DNA from: Planctomycetota bacterium
Lineage (GTDB): Bacteria; Planctomycetota; UBA1135; GCA-002686595
Assembly: GCA_028823345.1 (NCBI GenBank)
Contig: JAPKBR010000009.1
Location: forward strand, 26,551 to 90,550
Direction of reading: 5' to 3'
DNA length: 64,000 nt
Shown here piece after piece: positions 8,239-19,938 of this stretch. How positions within the stretch are numbered: the first letter of the stretch is position 1; every line of letters begins with the position of its first letter. The notes below the pieces were generated by a model. The model did not search any database and had not been told where the DNA came from. It saw only the letters and a list, made by a program, of their open reading frames with translations. Made by a program: the position numbers and the translations under genes.

Positions 8239-10761
8239 TCAGCACTGGCTGAAGCCGCAACCGTGACACTTCACGCAGCCCTCTTGGAAAGCCAAGGTGC
8301 CCGTACAAGAGGGACACTTCAATTTGTAACCGCCCACGTTGCGGGGGGTGTTGCCAAGGGCGCCTGTGGTCTTGGACGGGGCAGGGCTCGGAGCCGTGGA
8401 GCCCTCGTCAGTGGTTGCAGCCATCGCTTGGCCGCCCAGCAACAGGTGCTGCAGGCCATGGGACTCCTTGGCCGCCAGGTAGCGCTGCAAGCCCGTGGCT
8501 AAGCCGTCGGCTAGGGACATGATACGCCCGTCCTTGGTGGGCACCGTTAGGCTCGACCCAATCCCAGAGAACTGGGCGATGGCCCGCTTCAAGCTGCCAT
8601 TGCCGCGCAACCAGAGGCTGAGCATGCGGCAGATCGCCTCTAGGTCAGAGTTCGCCACATCGCCACCCTTGCCCAATTGCGCGAAGACTTCGCGCTCAAG
8701 GCCCGTGACGGGATCCACCGTGACTTTGATGTGCATGTTGCCGAATGGAGTCATCTGGCGAATGCGCAGGCAACTCATGATCTCGGGCAAGGACACAGGG
8801 ATCAGCTCGACGTACTCGCCGGTGGAAGCTTCCGTAGTTTCAACCGCGGGAGCACAGTCCTCCTTGGCCTTCTTGAGGGCCATGGGCTGCATATCGCGGC
8901 AACCGTCCCGGTAAACCGTGACACCCTTGACGTCCAAGTTGATGGCCATCTCGTAGATCGAGCGCACGTCTTCGGCGGTGGCGTCATGGGGGAAGTTGAT
9001 CGTCTTGCTGATCGACGAATCGCAGTGACGCTGGAAGGCCGCCTGCATGCGCATGTGCCACTCGGGAGTGATGTCGTGGGCAGTCACAAAGACGTCTTGG
9101 ACCTCGCTGGGGACTTCGTCGATCCCGTGCAGAGTCCCTTTCTCAAGCAAGGTGTCCACCAGCTCCTCGCTGTAGTAGCCGGCCTTCTCGGCCTCTTCAC
9201 GGAAGACGTAATTAACCTCTTTCATGATGGTCGGCTTGCCATTGGTGTCCTTCATCACCTGACGGTTGAAGGCCAAGCTGAACATGGGCTCGATGCCGCC
9301 GGAGCAATCCGCCAGAATCGAGATCGTGCCCGTGGGCGCAACCGTCGTGGTGTAGCTGTTGCGGATCTTGGTGCCCTGGGCTTCCCAGTCGGAACCTTCC
9401 CAGGCGGGGAAGACGCCGCGCTCTTCCGCCAACACTTCACTAGCGAGGTGTGACTCGTCGTTCAGCACCTGCATGACCTTCTCACCGAAGGCTAGGCCAT
9501 CTTCAGAGTCGTAGGGGATGCCCAACTTGTAGAGCGTATCAGCAAAGCCCATGACACCCAGACCGATGCGTCGCGTGGTCTTGGTCATGTTTTGAATCTG
9601 GGGCAAGGGATAACGGTTTACGTCGATCACGTTGTCCAAGAAACGGGTGCTGGTGTGGATGATCGACTTGTAGACCTCCCAGTCAAAGCTGGCTTCAGAG
9701 CCGGTTCCATCGACCAACAGGCCCAAGTTGATCGAGCCAAGGTTGCAGGAGTCCCAGGGGTGCAGGGGCTGCTCGCCGCAAGGGTTGGTGGCCTCGATGA
9801 GGCCCACGTTCTTGATCGGGTTCTTAGCGTTGATGCGGTCGATAAAGATCACGCCCGGCTCGCCACTGCTCCATGCGTGATCGATGATCTTGTCCCAGAT
9901 CTCGCCCACAGTCCAATGCTCGCCGTTGAAGTTGCGCTCGTCGTCGACCTTGCCCAGGGGGGACCACTCCTTGGTCCGCGGGTTCTGCACGTTGTGAATC
10001 TGACCCGGATCTCGGCGCAGGTCCTCGATGAACTTGTCGGTGACGGAAACCGAGAGGTTGTAGTTGGTCAGAAGGGTCTTGTCGTCCTTGAAGGTGATGA
10101 AGTCCATCACGTCGGGGTGATCGACCCGCAACATTCCCATGTTGGCTCCGCGGCGGAAGGCGCCCTGTTGAATCGCCTCGGTTGCCTGGGAGAAAACCCG
10201 GATGAAGGAAAGGGGGCCCTCGGTGGTGCCGCCAGAGGACTTAACCAAGTCGCCCCGGGGACGCAGGCGCGAGAAGCTAAAGCCCGTGCCGCCGCCAGCC
10301 TTTTGGATCAACGCGGTTGCGCGCACGGATTCGAAAATCCCATCGATGGAATCCTCTACGGGCAACACGAAGCAAGCCGACAGCATTCCCATCTCACGGC
10401 CCGCATTCATCAAGCAGGGGCTGTTAGGCAAGAACATGCGCATAGCCATCAAGCTGTAGAAGTCGCGCGCGATGGTCACTGTGTGCTCGGGATCATCCTT
10501 CACATAAAGAGCCTCCGCTGCTGCAACGCAAGTCGCAACGCGCCAGAACAACTGCCTGGGAGTCTCGACCAGCTTGCCTGATGCACCGTCACGCCGAAGA
10601 TACCGCCGCTCCAGAACCTGAATGCCATTTTCGGAGACGTCCGGGTTGGGTAAGTCCTGGGGGGGGTCGATCGACGCCAGTGCGCTGGTGGCCTCTACCA
10701 TCAGTTGGGGGTCGCGGTCGGCGAGGGTGGTGGGTGCTGGTGCGTAGGGATTCACAGGCAT
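8239..10761 (-). CDS. nrdJ: Class II (adenosylcobalamin-dependent) ribonucleotide reductase
   Basis: RNR catalytic core ([26 protein letters not shown]) and a C-terminal Cys-rich tail KCPSCTG...[12 protein letters not shown]. The Met at 10761 (MPVNPYAP) is preferred over the ORF start at 10884. Confidence 0.92.
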   Translation of the reverse strand: MPVNPYAPAPTTLADRDPQLMVEATSALASIDPPQDLPNPDVSENGIQVLERRYLRRDGASGKLVETPRQLFWRVATCVAAAEALYVKDDPEHTVTIARDFYSLMAMRMFLPNSPCLMNAGREMGMLSACFVLPVEDSIDGIFESVRATALIQKAGGGTGFSFSRLRPRGDLVKSSGGTTEGPLSFIRVFSQATEAIQQGAFRRGANMGMLRVDHPDVMDFITFKDDKTLLTNYNLSVSVTDKFIEDLRRDPGQIHNVQNPRTKEWSPLGKVDDERNFNGEHWTVGEIWDKIIDHAWSSGEPGVIFIDRINAKNPIKNVGLIEATNPCGEQPLHPWDSCNLGSINLGLLVDGTGSEASFDWEVYKSIIHTSTRFLDNVIDVNRYPLPQIQNMTKTTRRIGLGVMGFADTLYKLGIPYDSEDGLAFGEKVMQVLNDESHLASEVLAEERGVFPAWEGSDWEAQGTKIRNSYTTTVAPTGTISILADCSGGIEPMFSLAFNRQVMKDTNGKPTIMKEVNYVFREEAEKAGYYSEELVDTLLEKGTLHGIDEVPSEVQDVFVTAHDITPEWHMRMQAAFQRHCDSSISKTINFPHDATAEDVRSIYEMAINLDVKGVTVYRDGCRDMQPMALKKAKEDCAPAVETTEASTGEYVELIPVSLPEIMSCLRIRQMTPFGNMHIKVTVDPVTGLEREVFAQLGKGGDVANSDLEAICRMLSLWLRGNGSLKRAIAQFSGIGSSLTVPTKDGRIMSLADGLATGLQRYLAAKESHGLQHLLLGGQAMAATTDEGSTAPSPAPSKTTGALGNTPRNVGGYKLKCPSCTGTLAFQEGCVKCHGCGFSQC

Positions 10762-10933
10762 TTCGATCTCAAAATGGTTGACAGAATGGAGATGGCAACA
10801 ATAACCATCGGCAACGAACCCGCCCTTCCAGATCGATTCTCTGGAAAGCCCCGCTGCCTGTCCTGATTCTGTCCCCCCAACCAAGCTTGTGCAACAACCT
10901 GTTTACAGATCCCGACCCTGACCCCACTCGGGT

Positions 10934-12565
10934 CTAGGACTTTTGACCAGCCCCGCGGCGCAACACTCGCTGCAGCTCTGGCGACTTCACCAAGAAGGCC
11001 GCCCCGAGGTGGGCCCCTAGGCCGGACCCCATGGCTAAGAGGAGAGCCCACAGCGGGCTGAACGACCCGGATGCGTAGCGATGGACCCAGTACGCAGCCG
11101 CGCCCGAGGCAGTGGCTGCCAGGGCGGTTCGTGCCATGGAATCCAAGGTCCCTCCGGGACCCCGAGGCATGCCTTGACGGGAATAAAAAATCGGCAACAT
11201 CACCGCCAACCCCAACCAACTCGTGATCGCCGTGGCCAGGGCCAGCCCGTCCACGTCCATGCCCCACCCCACCAGGAAGAACGTGTTCAAACCGATGTTC
11301 AGCAAGAGGGCGAAGGCCGAAATCCACACGGGAGTCCGGAAGTCCCCCAGTGAGTAAAACGCGCGGGCCACGAGGCCCGTAGCCCCCGCGGGCAACACCG
11401 CCAGGGCCAGCCAACCTAATGCTCCCGACGCGCGCTCGACCCCCTCGGGCCCAAAAGCGCCATGTTCAAAAGTGACCGACAGGATCGGCTGGGCCAGAAT
11501 TGCCAACCCCACTGCCGCTGGCACGGCCAAAAACGCCACGGACCGCTGGGTTTGATCGTGCAGGCGGCGCAGGGAGAGCAAATCCCCCTTCTGTCCATAG
11601 GCCTGCAGCGCTGGAAACACCGCGCTGGTGGCCGCAATCGCCACCAAGGCCAGGGGGAACTGCTGCACCCGATTGGCGTAGTAATGGAGTGTCGGGCCAC
11701 CGTCCTCCAAGAGCCCCTCAGCCATGAATCCATCGACCATGACGTTGATTTGGTAGACCGCCGCGCCAAATGCGAGGGGTGCCGCACGGCGCAGAACCAC
11801 GCCCACACCAGGGATCGGGGGGGCCCCAGGTGCCATTTTGCCCGATTTCAGCAGCCCCTCTCGCCCCAGAGCTGGCACCAAGAACGCCAACTGGGCTGCC
11901 CCTGCCAGCAAGACTCCCCAGGCCAGGGTGTGGGCCATTTCCTCGTGCCGGGCAAAATCGCCCTCGTCGATCGTCCAGCCAAATTGCGTCCCGATCCACA
12001 CCAGGGTGCCGATCCAAACCAGATTCAGGGCAACCGGTCCCAGAGCCGGGGCGGTGAATCGGCCGCGCACATGCAGCGCGGCGCTACCCACCGCCGCAAG
12101 GCAAATGAAAATCACAAAGGGCATCACCCGCAGGGCCAAATCCCGCACGGGGTCTGGGTCCGCCCCAAGCCAATGCCAACCCGTAATCGGCATCTGATCT
12201 GGTATCACCATGATCAGCGCCATGGTCAAGAGAGTGATCACCACCAATGTGGCGAACAGGGCACGTAGGGTCGAGCGGAAGAATATCCCGCCAGCCTGTT
12301 CCCCTTGCTCGCCCTCCACTTTGGTGAACGCGGTTTGAAACGAGGTGCTGATCGCACCCTCACCAAAGAAGCGGCGAAAGAGGTTCGGCACACGCCACGC
12401 GGTGATGAACGCATCGAACACAGCCGAGTGATCACCGAACAAGGTTGCCGAGAGAATCTCTCGCACGAAACCCAAGACGCGGCTCAACAAAGTGAGAGCG
12501 GCGACGAGAAGCGTTCGGATACCCAACCGCTTATGGCGCGCGGCCAGGTCAGGTCTCTCATCCAT
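10934..12565 (-). CDS. murJ: Lipid II flippase MurJ/MviN
   Basis: The stretch LLSRVLGFVREILSATLFGDHSAVFDAFITAWRVPNLFRRFFGEGA is the MurJ signature, and the protein is polytopic. The start at Met 12565 avoids overlap with the upstream gene. Confidence 0.92.
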   Translation of the reverse strand: MDERPDLAARHKRLGIRTLLVAALTLLSRVLGFVREILSATLFGDHSAVFDAFITAWRVPNLFRRFFGEGAISTSFQTAFTKVEGEQGEQAGGIFFRSTLRALFATLVVITLLTMALIMVIPDQMPITGWHWLGADPDPVRDLALRVMPFVIFICLAAVGSAALHVRGRFTAPALGPVALNLVWIGTLVWIGTQFGWTIDEGDFARHEEMAHTLAWGVLLAGAAQLAFLVPALGREGLLKSGKMAPGAPPIPGVGVVLRRAAPLAFGAAVYQINVMVDGFMAEGLLEDGGPTLHYYANRVQQFPLALVAIAATSAVFPALQAYGQKGDLLSLRRLHDQTQRSVAFLAVPAAVGLAILAQPILSVTFEHGAFGPEGVERASGALGWLALAVLPAGATGLVARAFYSLGDFRTPVWISAFALLLNIGLNTFFLVGWGMDVDGLALATAITSWLGLAVMLPIFYSRQGMPRGPGGTLDSMARTALAATASGAAAYWVHRYASGSFSPLWALLLAMGSGLGAHLGAAFLVKSPELQRVLRRGAGQKS

Positions 12566-12579
12566 CTTGGCTCTTTCCG

Positions 12580-13032
12580 TCAACTCAGGAGTTCCGCGCA
12601 CAGGCGCTGCACAAGCTTGCCGTCCACGGAGCCCCTATGGGCTCCCATCACGACCTTCATCACAAGACCCATCTGCTTGTTGGATGTAGCGCCACTGGAT
12701 TCAATTGCCGCCTGCACCACCGCCCGGGTTTCCTCTTCACTAAGGGCCTTCGGCAAGTAGCCCTGCAGAACTTCGATTTCAGCACGCTCGATCTTGGCCA
12801 GATCATCGCGCTTCGCATCGTCATACTGAGAGGCACTGTCCTTGCGGGTCTTGACCGCGCCAAGCACCACCGCAAGGCACTGATCCTGATCCAAGACCGT
12901 CGCGGTCCCGCCCAGCTCAATCGCCCGGTTCTTCAGGGCCGCAAGCGTCATGCGCAAGGTGTCCCGACGCACGGTTTCACCCGCCTTCATAGCTTCCTTG
13001 AGATCCGCTTCCAGCTGTTCCTTGAGGCCCAT
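12580..13032 (-). CDS. GatB/YqeY domain-containing protein
   Basis: 150 aa. N-terminus LKEQLEADLKEAMKAGETVRRDTLRMTLAALKN and C-terminal part match the YqeY family. Confidence 0.85.
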   Translation of the reverse strand: MGLKEQLEADLKEAMKAGETVRRDTLRMTLAALKNRAIELGGTATVLDQDQCLAVVLGAVKTRKDSASQYDDAKRDDLAKIERAEIEVLQGYLPKALSEEETRAVVQAAIESSGATSNKQMGLVMKVVMGAHRGSVDGKLVQRLCAELLS

Positions 13033-13034
13033 GC

Positions 13035-15662
13035 TTATGATGTCTCCTCAGCTTCGTCGTCGGCGGGCATCTCGTCCTCTTCCGGTTCAGGGGGCCCCTC
13101 TTCGAGGTCCGCAGCATCCGGCTCGGGCGGCGCTTCCGCTTCGCCTTCTTCCGCAAAGCGCTCAAGGTCTTCGCGCTCGATAATCTGAGCCGCCACCAGT
13201 CGGTCGCCATCCTTCAGGCGCAGCAAACGCACGCCCTGGGTGTTGCGACCCACAACCGAAATATCGTCCACGTGGGAACGCACGATCATGCCTTGCTCGG
13301 TGATGTAAATCACATCGCCACCGGGGCGACACAGAATCGAAGTGATCACCGGGCCGTTGCGGGCGGTGGTACGAATATCAATCACACCACCCGTGCCGCG
13401 ACCCTTGATGGGGTAATCATCCATCGCTGTCCGCTTGCCATAGCCGTGCTCGGTGGCAGTCAGCAAATAGGCTTCAGGATCCACAACGACCAAGCCCATA
13501 ACCCGGTCACCGGGCCGCAGGCGCGCGCCCTTGACCCCGCGACTCACGCGGCCCATGGTGCGTGCCGCCTTTTCATCGAAGCGCACAGCACGGCCAGACT
13601 CCGTGGACAAGAGAATCGTGTCCCCAGGCTTAGCAATAGAAACGCCCACCACCTCATCATCCTCTTCAAGCACGATGGCCCTTAGGCCGTTGGACCTGGG
13701 TCGGCTATAGGCATCAAGCAGCGTCTTCTTGATGCGTCCCTTGCGGGTCGCAAACACACAGAAGGCTTCATCGTCAAAGGACGGCACGCGCAGGATGGTT
13801 TCCACCCGTTCCCCTTCGCGCAACTTGAGCACATTGGTCATGGCGCGCCCCTTGCTGGTACGCGAACCCTCCGGCAACTCGTAGGTCAACTTAGTGAACA
13901 CTTGACCGAGGTTCGTGAAGAACAACAGGTTGTCGTGGGTGCCCGCTACAAAGAGCGAGCGCAAAATATCCCCTTCCTTCGAAGAAGACCCCTTGACCCC
14001 CTGACCCCCGCGCCCTTGGGCGCGATAGGTGTCCAGCGACGAACGCTTGACGTACCCACCACGACTATAGGTAACGACCATCAAGTCTTCGGTAATCAAG
14101 GCCCCGATATCGACACTGCCGTCTAGCTCGGTGTTGGAAATCTCCGTGCGACGCTCATCGCCATAACGCTTCTCCACGTCATCAAGGTCTTCGAGCAAGA
14201 TCGTGGTGACCCGCTCCTCCTTGGCCAAGATGTCCTTCAAGTCCGCGATGGTCATGCCCAGCTCGCGAGCTTCGCCTTCCAGCTTTTCGCGCTCGAGGCC
14301 AGTCAAGCTGCCCAGGCGCATGTCCACAATCGCTTGTGCCTGGCGATCACTGAGGCCAAACGCGGCGGAGAGGGCGGCCTTTGCCCCATCGCGATCGTCC
14401 GAGGCCCGGATCAACTCGATCACCCGATCGATATTTGCCTGGGCCACAAGCAAACCATCGACGATGTGCTCGCGTTCTTCGGCTTTCTTCAGCAGGAAAA
14501 TCGTGCTCTTACGAATCACGCCGCGTCGGTGTCCAATCCAAGAGTCCAGCAATTGGCGCAGGGGCAAGGTGCGCGGCTGTCGCTCGGAAATCGCCAGGTT
14601 GATGATCGAATAGGTCGACTGCAACGGCGTGAACTTGAACAGTTGATTGACGATGACGTTGGGGTCTTCGCCCTTCTTCAACTGAATCGTCAGTCGGATA
14701 TCAACCTTGCCGGTGACCCTGGACAGGCTCGTCAGGTCGACGATGTCGCGGATACCCGTGATGCGCTCCTCTTTGACAGATTCGGCGATCTTGTTGATGA
14801 TCGAAGCTCGGGAATCCCCGCCCTTGCGGGTCTGGTAGGGGATCTCGGTGAATACGATCTGCACGGGGCCTCTTTCCGGCTCTTCCACGTGATAACGGCC
14901 GCGCACTCGCACCAGGCCGCGGCCCGTGGTGTACGCCTGCAGGATTCCGCTACGGCCCATGATGATGCCCCCGGTGGGAAAGTCCGGGCCGGGAATCAGC
15001 TTGATCAGGTCCAGGTCCTCGAGGGACGGGTCCGCCAGGATTGCACGCACACCCGCGCAAACCTCACGCAGGTTGTGGGGCGGCATACTCGTGGCCATAC
15101 CCACCGCAATGCCCTCTGAACCATTGCAAATCAGGTTCGGGAAACGACTAGGCAACACGGTGGGCTGGGTACGCGTGTCGTCGTAGTTGGGCTCAAGGTC
15201 AACGGTTTCCTTTTCAAGGTCGCTCATGAGCTCCATCGAAATCCCGGTCATGCGTGCTTCGGTATATCGCATGGCGGCGGGAGGGTCCGCGTCAATGGAA
15301 CCGAAGTTGCCCTGCCCGTCCACCAGGGGATAGCGCATGGAAAAATCCTGAGCCATACGCACCAGGGTCGGATAAATCACCGACTCACCATGGGGGTGAT
15401 AGTTGCCTGAGGTGTCGCCTGCAACCTTGGCGCACTTCCGGTACTTGGCCCGCGGGCTCAAGTTGAGGTCGTTCATCGCCACCAAGATGCGGCGTTGGCT
15501 GGGCTTCAGGCCATCACGCACGTCAGGCAGGGCGCGCGAGTGAATCACGGAAAGGGCGTACGTTAGGTACGACTCTTTCATCTCGCGGACGATCGGGCGA
15601 TCCAGAATGGTTTCGCCCTCGGGCTCTTCGGTCGGGGTATCGGTCATGGTGTTAGGGCTCAC
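13035..15662 (-). CDS. gyrA: DNA gyrase subunit A
   Basis: Motifs [17 protein letters not shown] and AAMRYTE (catalytic Tyr), C-terminal beta-pinwheel repeats, and an acidic tail. Confidence 0.97.
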   Translation of the reverse strand: MSPNTMTDTPTEEPEGETILDRPIVREMKESYLTYALSVIHSRALPDVRDGLKPSQRRILVAMNDLNLSPRAKYRKCAKVAGDTSGNYHPHGESVIYPTLVRMAQDFSMRYPLVDGQGNFGSIDADPPAAMRYTEARMTGISMELMSDLEKETVDLEPNYDDTRTQPTVLPSRFPNLICNGSEGIAVGMATSMPPHNLREVCAGVRAILADPSLEDLDLIKLIPGPDFPTGGIIMGRSGILQAYTTGRGLVRVRGRYHVEEPERGPVQIVFTEIPYQTRKGGDSRASIINKIAESVKEERITGIRDIVDLTSLSRVTGKVDIRLTIQLKKGEDPNVIVNQLFKFTPLQSTYSIINLAISERQPRTLPLRQLLDSWIGHRRGVIRKSTIFLLKKAEEREHIVDGLLVAQANIDRVIELIRASDDRDGAKAALSAAFGLSDRQAQAIVDMRLGSLTGLEREKLEGEARELGMTIADLKDILAKEERVTTILLEDLDDVEKRYGDERRTEISNTELDGSVDIGALITEDLMVVTYSRGGYVKRSSLDTYRAQGRGGQGVKGSSSKEGDILRSLFVAGTHDNLLFFTNLGQVFTKLTYELPEGSRTSKGRAMTNVLKLREGERVETILRVPSFDDEAFCVFATRKGRIKKTLLDAYSRPRSNGLRAIVLEEDDEVVGVSIAKPGDTILLSTESGRAVRFDEKAARTMGRVSRGVKGARLRPGDRVMGLVVVDPEAYLLTATEHGYGKRTAMDDYPIKGRGTGGVIDIRTTARNGPVITSILCRPGGDVIYITEQGMIVRSHVDDISVVGRNTQGVRLLRLKDGDRLVAAQIIEREDLERFAEEGEAEAPPEPDAADLEEGPPEPEEDEMPADDEAEETS

Positions 15663-16705
15663 CCCGACGTGGAAAGTCGGCGTGGTGTTTCGGTGTCAAG
15701 AGCAGCCAGCGCATAGTCGCTGGGCCGCAGCAGTCCCTTTTCGCTGGCAATCATCAGTTGCTGCGCGAAAGGAACCCGTTCAAAGGGTTGGGATTCGAGC
15801 AAGACGCGGTTGACCGGGTCTTCCCATAGGCGCCAAGATTCCTCGTCGCCCCATTGGGGCAAACGCAGGGCAGCACCGGGCAGAACCAGGTCGGCGGTAG
15901 CCAACAAGCGCAGGGACACCTCTTGGCGAATGGCTTCAGCCACGACGGTGCGGGTGCCAACAGGCGCCACAAAACCCTCGGCACCCAAGGCCTCGGTGCC
16001 TATCCATACCGCGTCCACTTCGTGCACTAAGCTCGGCAGAGCGCTGTCATAAACAAAACGCACCTCGCAGCCCGCCTGCACAAGTTGGCGCGCGAGGGAA
16101 CGGCCCGCAAGGGTTGCGCCCCCATCGGACAGGATGACCTTGCAGCCCGAGGCGTGTTGAGCGAGGCAAGCGCCCACATGGTCACTGGGTGCGGCCACTA
16201 AGATCACCCCACCTGGCTCGATCTCTTTTTGCAAGGCGGCAAGGGGAGCCTCGCGCGCAACAAGCCGAACGCCCGGACCCAATGGCCGGCCGCCCCAAGC
16301 GCGGGTTACATCTTCACTGGATGGTTCCAACCACAGGCCACATTCTTCGGCGACCAACTCATGGAACGGAGCGTCGAGTCCATCCTCCTGAGCAACCCTC
16401 TCAAGACTCAGCAAGCTGTGTATCCAGCGAGCGAGGGGCCCGCGCCAACCGTGCTGTTCTTCGAGGGGCGCGAGGGCTTGGGCAAGATCAGCGGCACTTC
16501 GACGGCTCTCGCCCTCGACCGTGCCAGGCATGAACGCCCCTTCATTACAAGCCAGCTGTGACTCTGCTGCAGCCAGCAAGACGAGTTCGCCCGCGGTGTG
16601 ATTGCGGTCCTCCGCGAGGGCGCCCAGACGCTCGCTAAGCGAATCGTTGGCGTTTCTCTGGGGTCCTCTGGACCCGAGGGATTGCACTTCGTTATGGGCG
16701 GACAT
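15659..16705 (-). CDS. Initiation factor 2B (eIF-2B alpha/beta/delta, MtnA-like) family protein
   Basis: The C-terminal half ([33 protein letters not shown]...[11 protein letters not shown]...GFVAPVGT) resembles the IF-2B Rossmann-like fold. Overlaps the gyrA start by 4 nt. Confidence 0.55.
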   Translation of the reverse strand: MSAHNEVQSLGSRGPQRNANDSLSERLGALAEDRNHTAGELVLLAAAESQLACNEGAFMPGTVEGESRRSAADLAQALAPLEEQHGWRGPLARWIHSLLSLERVAQEDGLDAPFHELVAEECGLWLEPSSEDVTRAWGGRPLGPGVRLVAREAPLAALQKEIEPGGVILVAAPSDHVGACLAQHASGCKVILSDGGATLAGRSLARQLVQAGCEVRFVYDSALPSLVHEVDAVWIGTEALGAEGFVAPVGTRTVVAEAIRQEVSLRLLATADLVLPGAALRLPQWGDEESWRLWEDPVNRVLLESQPFERVPFAQQLMIASEKGLLRPSDYALAALDTETPRRLSTSG

Positions 16706-16910
16706 GGGAGGGTAGCGCCAGCATGAGATCGAGGTCGATCCGTGCCCGCGGCAGGGTGGTATTATCCCTGAAACAGCCCCTCCCGTCCACCTTCAGGACG
16801 TGCTCACTCCGCCGTCTCGGGAGCTTTTTTTTAACGACCCCCGGCGTCCGGTTAGAGTTCCCAGGCACGGGAGCAATTACCGTCCCAAGACCCCCCTCCA
16901 AGGCCCACAG

Positions 16911-17399
16911 ATGACCCCCAAAGACGCCCAGCCCACACCCCTCGCCCAAGCCCTCGGACGAATCCCCTGTGGCCTATTTTTAGCTACCACCCAAGGCCCC
17001 GATGGCCCCATGGGATTCATCGCGTCCTTCGTGCAACAAATGGGATTCGAGCCCCCGACCATCGCCATCGCCGTGGGCAAAGACCGGGACCATCTCGAGG
17101 CAATTCGCGCCAGCGGGCGGTTTGGCCTGAGCCTGCTAGATAAGCCCTCCAGCGCCCTCATGGGCCGGTTTTTTGGCAAGCTCCCAGAGGGCGAAACCCC
17201 CTTTGATGGGCAAGCCCTGCACACCACCAGCGCGAACTCCACGGTCTTCACCGACGCTCTCGCCTGGTTCGATTGCAAACTCGCAGGCGAACACGAAACC
17301 GGCGACCACTTCGTGGTCTTCGGGGTAGTGGAAGAAGCCGCCCAGACCCACGACGGCGACCCAATGGTCCACCTCCGGGCCGACGGGCTTAGCTACTGA
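16911..17399 (+). CDS. Flavin reductase-like (FMN-binding split-barrel) protein
   Basis: Pattern CGLFLATTQGPDGPMGFIASFVQQ..., ending GDHFVVFGVV. The Met at 16911 is preferred over the ORF start at 16800. Confidence 0.7.
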   Translation: MTPKDAQPTPLAQALGRIPCGLFLATTQGPDGPMGFIASFVQQMGFEPPTIAIAVGKDRDHLEAIRASGRFGLSLLDKPSSALMGRFFGKLPEGETPFDGQALHTTSANSTVFTDALAWFDCKLAGEHETGDHFVVFGVVEEAAQTHDGDPMVHLRADGLSY

Positions 17400-19078
17400 C
17401 GGGCAGCCTCAAGGGCCCCGGTTAACTCAACCCGCCAAGGGGAAGGAAGCCTAGCTGGATTCAAGGATCCCCTGAGAGGCTCTTCCCCCTCTAGGAACTC
17501 CAAGATCTCGACGATCAAATAGGCCCTCAGGTTTCCCTGCAAGTAGGCCATAGACGCCCAATCCGCAGCAGCCTTAAGGTCACGCTCTTGCCATCTCGAC
17601 CAGGCGCGCGCCAGGGAATCCGCGCTTGTCCCCACAGCCACCTCCACGTCAAGGGTTCGCTTCACCATGCGCTCTAGCGATGGGTCCGGATTGGTGATAC
17701 GTTCCACACGGTCTTGTGCCGAGGGGTAATCCCCCAAGCCAAGCGCCGCCCAAGTCCGGTCCTCAGGCAGACCCTGGGCCATCAAGCCCAGCTCCGCCAC
17801 TAGCCCAAACACACAGATGGCATAACCCAACTGGGAAACGCGCTTCAGTTTTTGTTCGAAACGGAGAGCGCCTGCAGGGTCCTGGGTGCATTCATCCAAG
17901 AAGTGCGCCCTGCGAAGACCTCCAAAGTGCCTCCAGGTGGCTTTATCCCGCAAAGTGCCTTCGATTTTCTCCAAGGCGCTAACCAACGGCCGACCGGAGC
18001 CCAGAACGCGCATAGCAAAGAGATCCGCTTGCAATTCAAACCGTCGGGACATCCAACCAAAGGCTAGGCCCCAGGCCCCAAGGAACGCGACCATGATCCC
18101 GAGGACCGCGATTGCGTTGGTGGGATCAAAGGCACGCAGGGCAAAGTCCGCGAGGAGAAAAACGCCCACAGACCAGGCCAAAAACACCGGCACGTGATGG
18201 TGGTGAGAATGGCCCACCTCATGGGAATACACAGCCTTCAGTTCGTCCTCGTCCAAATCACTGAGCAAGGCATCGGACAGGATGACCACCCTCCTGCTGG
18301 GCAAGAGCCCCACGATTGCGGCGTTGGCCATCATCTTCCCAGTGTCCCAAACCAACACGTTGCGCGAGTTGAAGCGCACACTCTTGGAAATCTCCTCGAA
18401 GCCCGTTCGTAATCGTCCGGGGGGCAACTCATATGTGCGCCAAGAGGCCTTGAAGAGGGCTGGTAAATAGACGGCCAGGCCCCCGATCAGGGCAACAAAG
18501 ACCGCCGCACCTACGAGCTCCACCTGTTCCACCTGCACCCGCAGCCAACGATTGGATCCAACCAACCCTGCGATGGCCAAGTAGGTGGCCGGGGGAATCA
18601 GCGTGCTGGCAAACATGCGCAGATGAAAGCTGCGCCAGCTCAAGCGGCCGGGGCCCTCTGCGCAAGAGGCGCGGGACTGGGCGTCGATGTTCAAGACCTC
18701 AAATATCAGGTACGGGAAGATCACCCAGATAAAGTTCGCCTCGGGCCAGCCCTCAAGGTCCAACCGCGCCCCGAGACTTTCCCGAAGCCACTGAACCCAG
18801 CCACAACAAAGCACTAAGAGGGCAAAAGCGAAGACCCCCGAGAATCGCCCAACGATGGTCACCAGGGCCCCCATTCGGAACGACCCGGCCCCCCCCAGGT
18901 TGCGGCCCGAAAGCACGATTAAGTGAGGCAGGGGCAAGAGCAACACCAACGCCCAGGGGGCAACCGGCCCCCAGGTCCAACCCGCCACCCCTGCCACCAG
19001 GATCAAGGTGCAGAGAACCAATTGGGGGATGTAGGGCATGGTGAAAAGGGTCGAGGGCAGTGGAGGGGATCGTGCCAA
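17393..19078 (-). CDS. M48-family zinc metallopeptidase, membrane-bound
   Basis: HEVGHSHHHH (HExxH) inside a polytopic region, with a helical C-terminal domain. Confidence 0.75.
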   Translation of the reverse strand: MARSPPLPSTLFTMPYIPQLVLCTLILVAGVAGWTWGPVAPWALVLLLPLPHLIVLSGRNLGGAGSFRMGALVTIVGRFSGVFAFALLVLCCGWVQWLRESLGARLDLEGWPEANFIWVIFPYLIFEVLNIDAQSRASCAEGPGRLSWRSFHLRMFASTLIPPATYLAIAGLVGSNRWLRVQVEQVELVGAAVFVALIGGLAVYLPALFKASWRTYELPPGRLRTGFEEISKSVRFNSRNVLVWDTGKMMANAAIVGLLPSRRVVILSDALLSDLDEDELKAVYSHEVGHSHHHHVPVFLAWSVGVFLLADFALRAFDPTNAIAVLGIMVAFLGAWGLAFGWMSRRFELQADLFAMRVLGSGRPLVSALEKIEGTLRDKATWRHFGGLRRAHFLDECTQDPAGALRFEQKLKRVSQLGYAICVFGLVAELGLMAQGLPEDRTWAALGLGDYPSAQDRVERITNPDPSLERMVKRTLDVEVAVGTSADSLARAWSRWQERDLKAAADWASMAYLQGNLRAYLIVEILEFLEGEEPLRGSLNPARLPSPWRVELTGALEAARQ

Positions 19079-19152
19079 CCCATGGGCGAGGCCCTAGGTA
19101 GGCAGTGCCCCGTCTGCAGGCGAACCATTCTAGCCACCGGGCACCCTTAGAT

Positions 19153-19938
19153 TCAGCAGGGCAGCCTAAAGGAGTCCAAGATCTGGGTTGTCCCTCCTAG
19201 CCAGACTCCCCCCCCTCTCTGGTCCAAGAGCAATTCACCGCCCGCCAACTTCACCGTCACCGGCCACTTGGCCCAGCCCCGCTCCACGGCCACAAAAGCC
19301 ACCGCCGCCGCGCCAGTTCCGCAGGCCTGGGTCTCCCCCACCCCTCGCTCGAAAATCCGCACCTTCAGAGCCCCTTGATGCGCGCCCGTCACAAACTCCA
19401 CGTTTGCGCCTTCAGGGAATGATTCATGTGTGCTCAAGCTCTGGCCCAACTCATCAAGCGTTGGGGCTCCCGGCTCCTCGGTGAACAAGACAAAATGGGG
19501 GTTGCCCACATTCACCCGGGTGCCACAGATTTCCGCGCCCCCTACTTGAATCGTTTGCTCGGCGGCTTCGATGCGCACCGGGCCAAGACAAACCTCAACT
19601 GCGCCGTTCGCCACTCGCACGGCGCGCACCCCCGCATCGGTGCCCACCAAAAACTCGCCCTGCCCATACCCTTTTTGGGCCGCAAGCAAGGCAATGATCC
19701 GTAGCCCGTTGCCGCAAGCCTCGGGGCGGCTGCCGTCCGCGTTGTAAAGCACCATACGCACGTCCGCAGAGTCCCCCCCCGCTAAACACAGCAAGAGCCC
19801 ATCGGGACGAAAACTGCCCGCAGCCGTGTCCGTGCACAAGCGCTGGGCTAAAGCAGCGGGATCCCGAGGCGCCTGCCCCGCGATCCCGTCGATCAACACA
19901 AAACGATTCCCGGCCGCATCAGCCCGGTAAGCCCTCAT
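19153..19938 (-). CDS. dapF: Diaminopimelate epimerase
   Basis: GNRFVLID, catalytic-Cys motifs ACGNG and ACGTGA, and NVGNPH. Confidence 0.92.
   Translation of the reverse strand: MRAYRADAAGNRFVLIDGIAGQAPRDPAALAQRLCTDTAAGSFRPDGLLLCLAGGDSADVRMVLYNADGSRPEACGNGLRIIALLAAQKGYGQGEFLVGTDAGVRAVRVANGAVEVCLGPVRIEAAEQTIQVGGAEICGTRVNVGNPHFVLFTEEPGAPTLDELGQSLSTHESFPEGANVEFVTGAHQGALKVRIFERGVGETQACGTGAAAVAFVAVERGWAKWPVTVKLAGGELLLDQRGGGVWLGGTTQILDSFRLPC

Noticed and set aside
10762-10933. Cobalamin riboswitch or NrdR boxes in the 172-nt nrdJ leader
   Set aside because: Only a simple hairpin (TTCCAGA-N7-TCTGGAA, 10826-10846) is visible. I could not find a B12-box-like core or paired NrdR-box palindromes. There is not enough evidence to call a regulatory RNA or operator.
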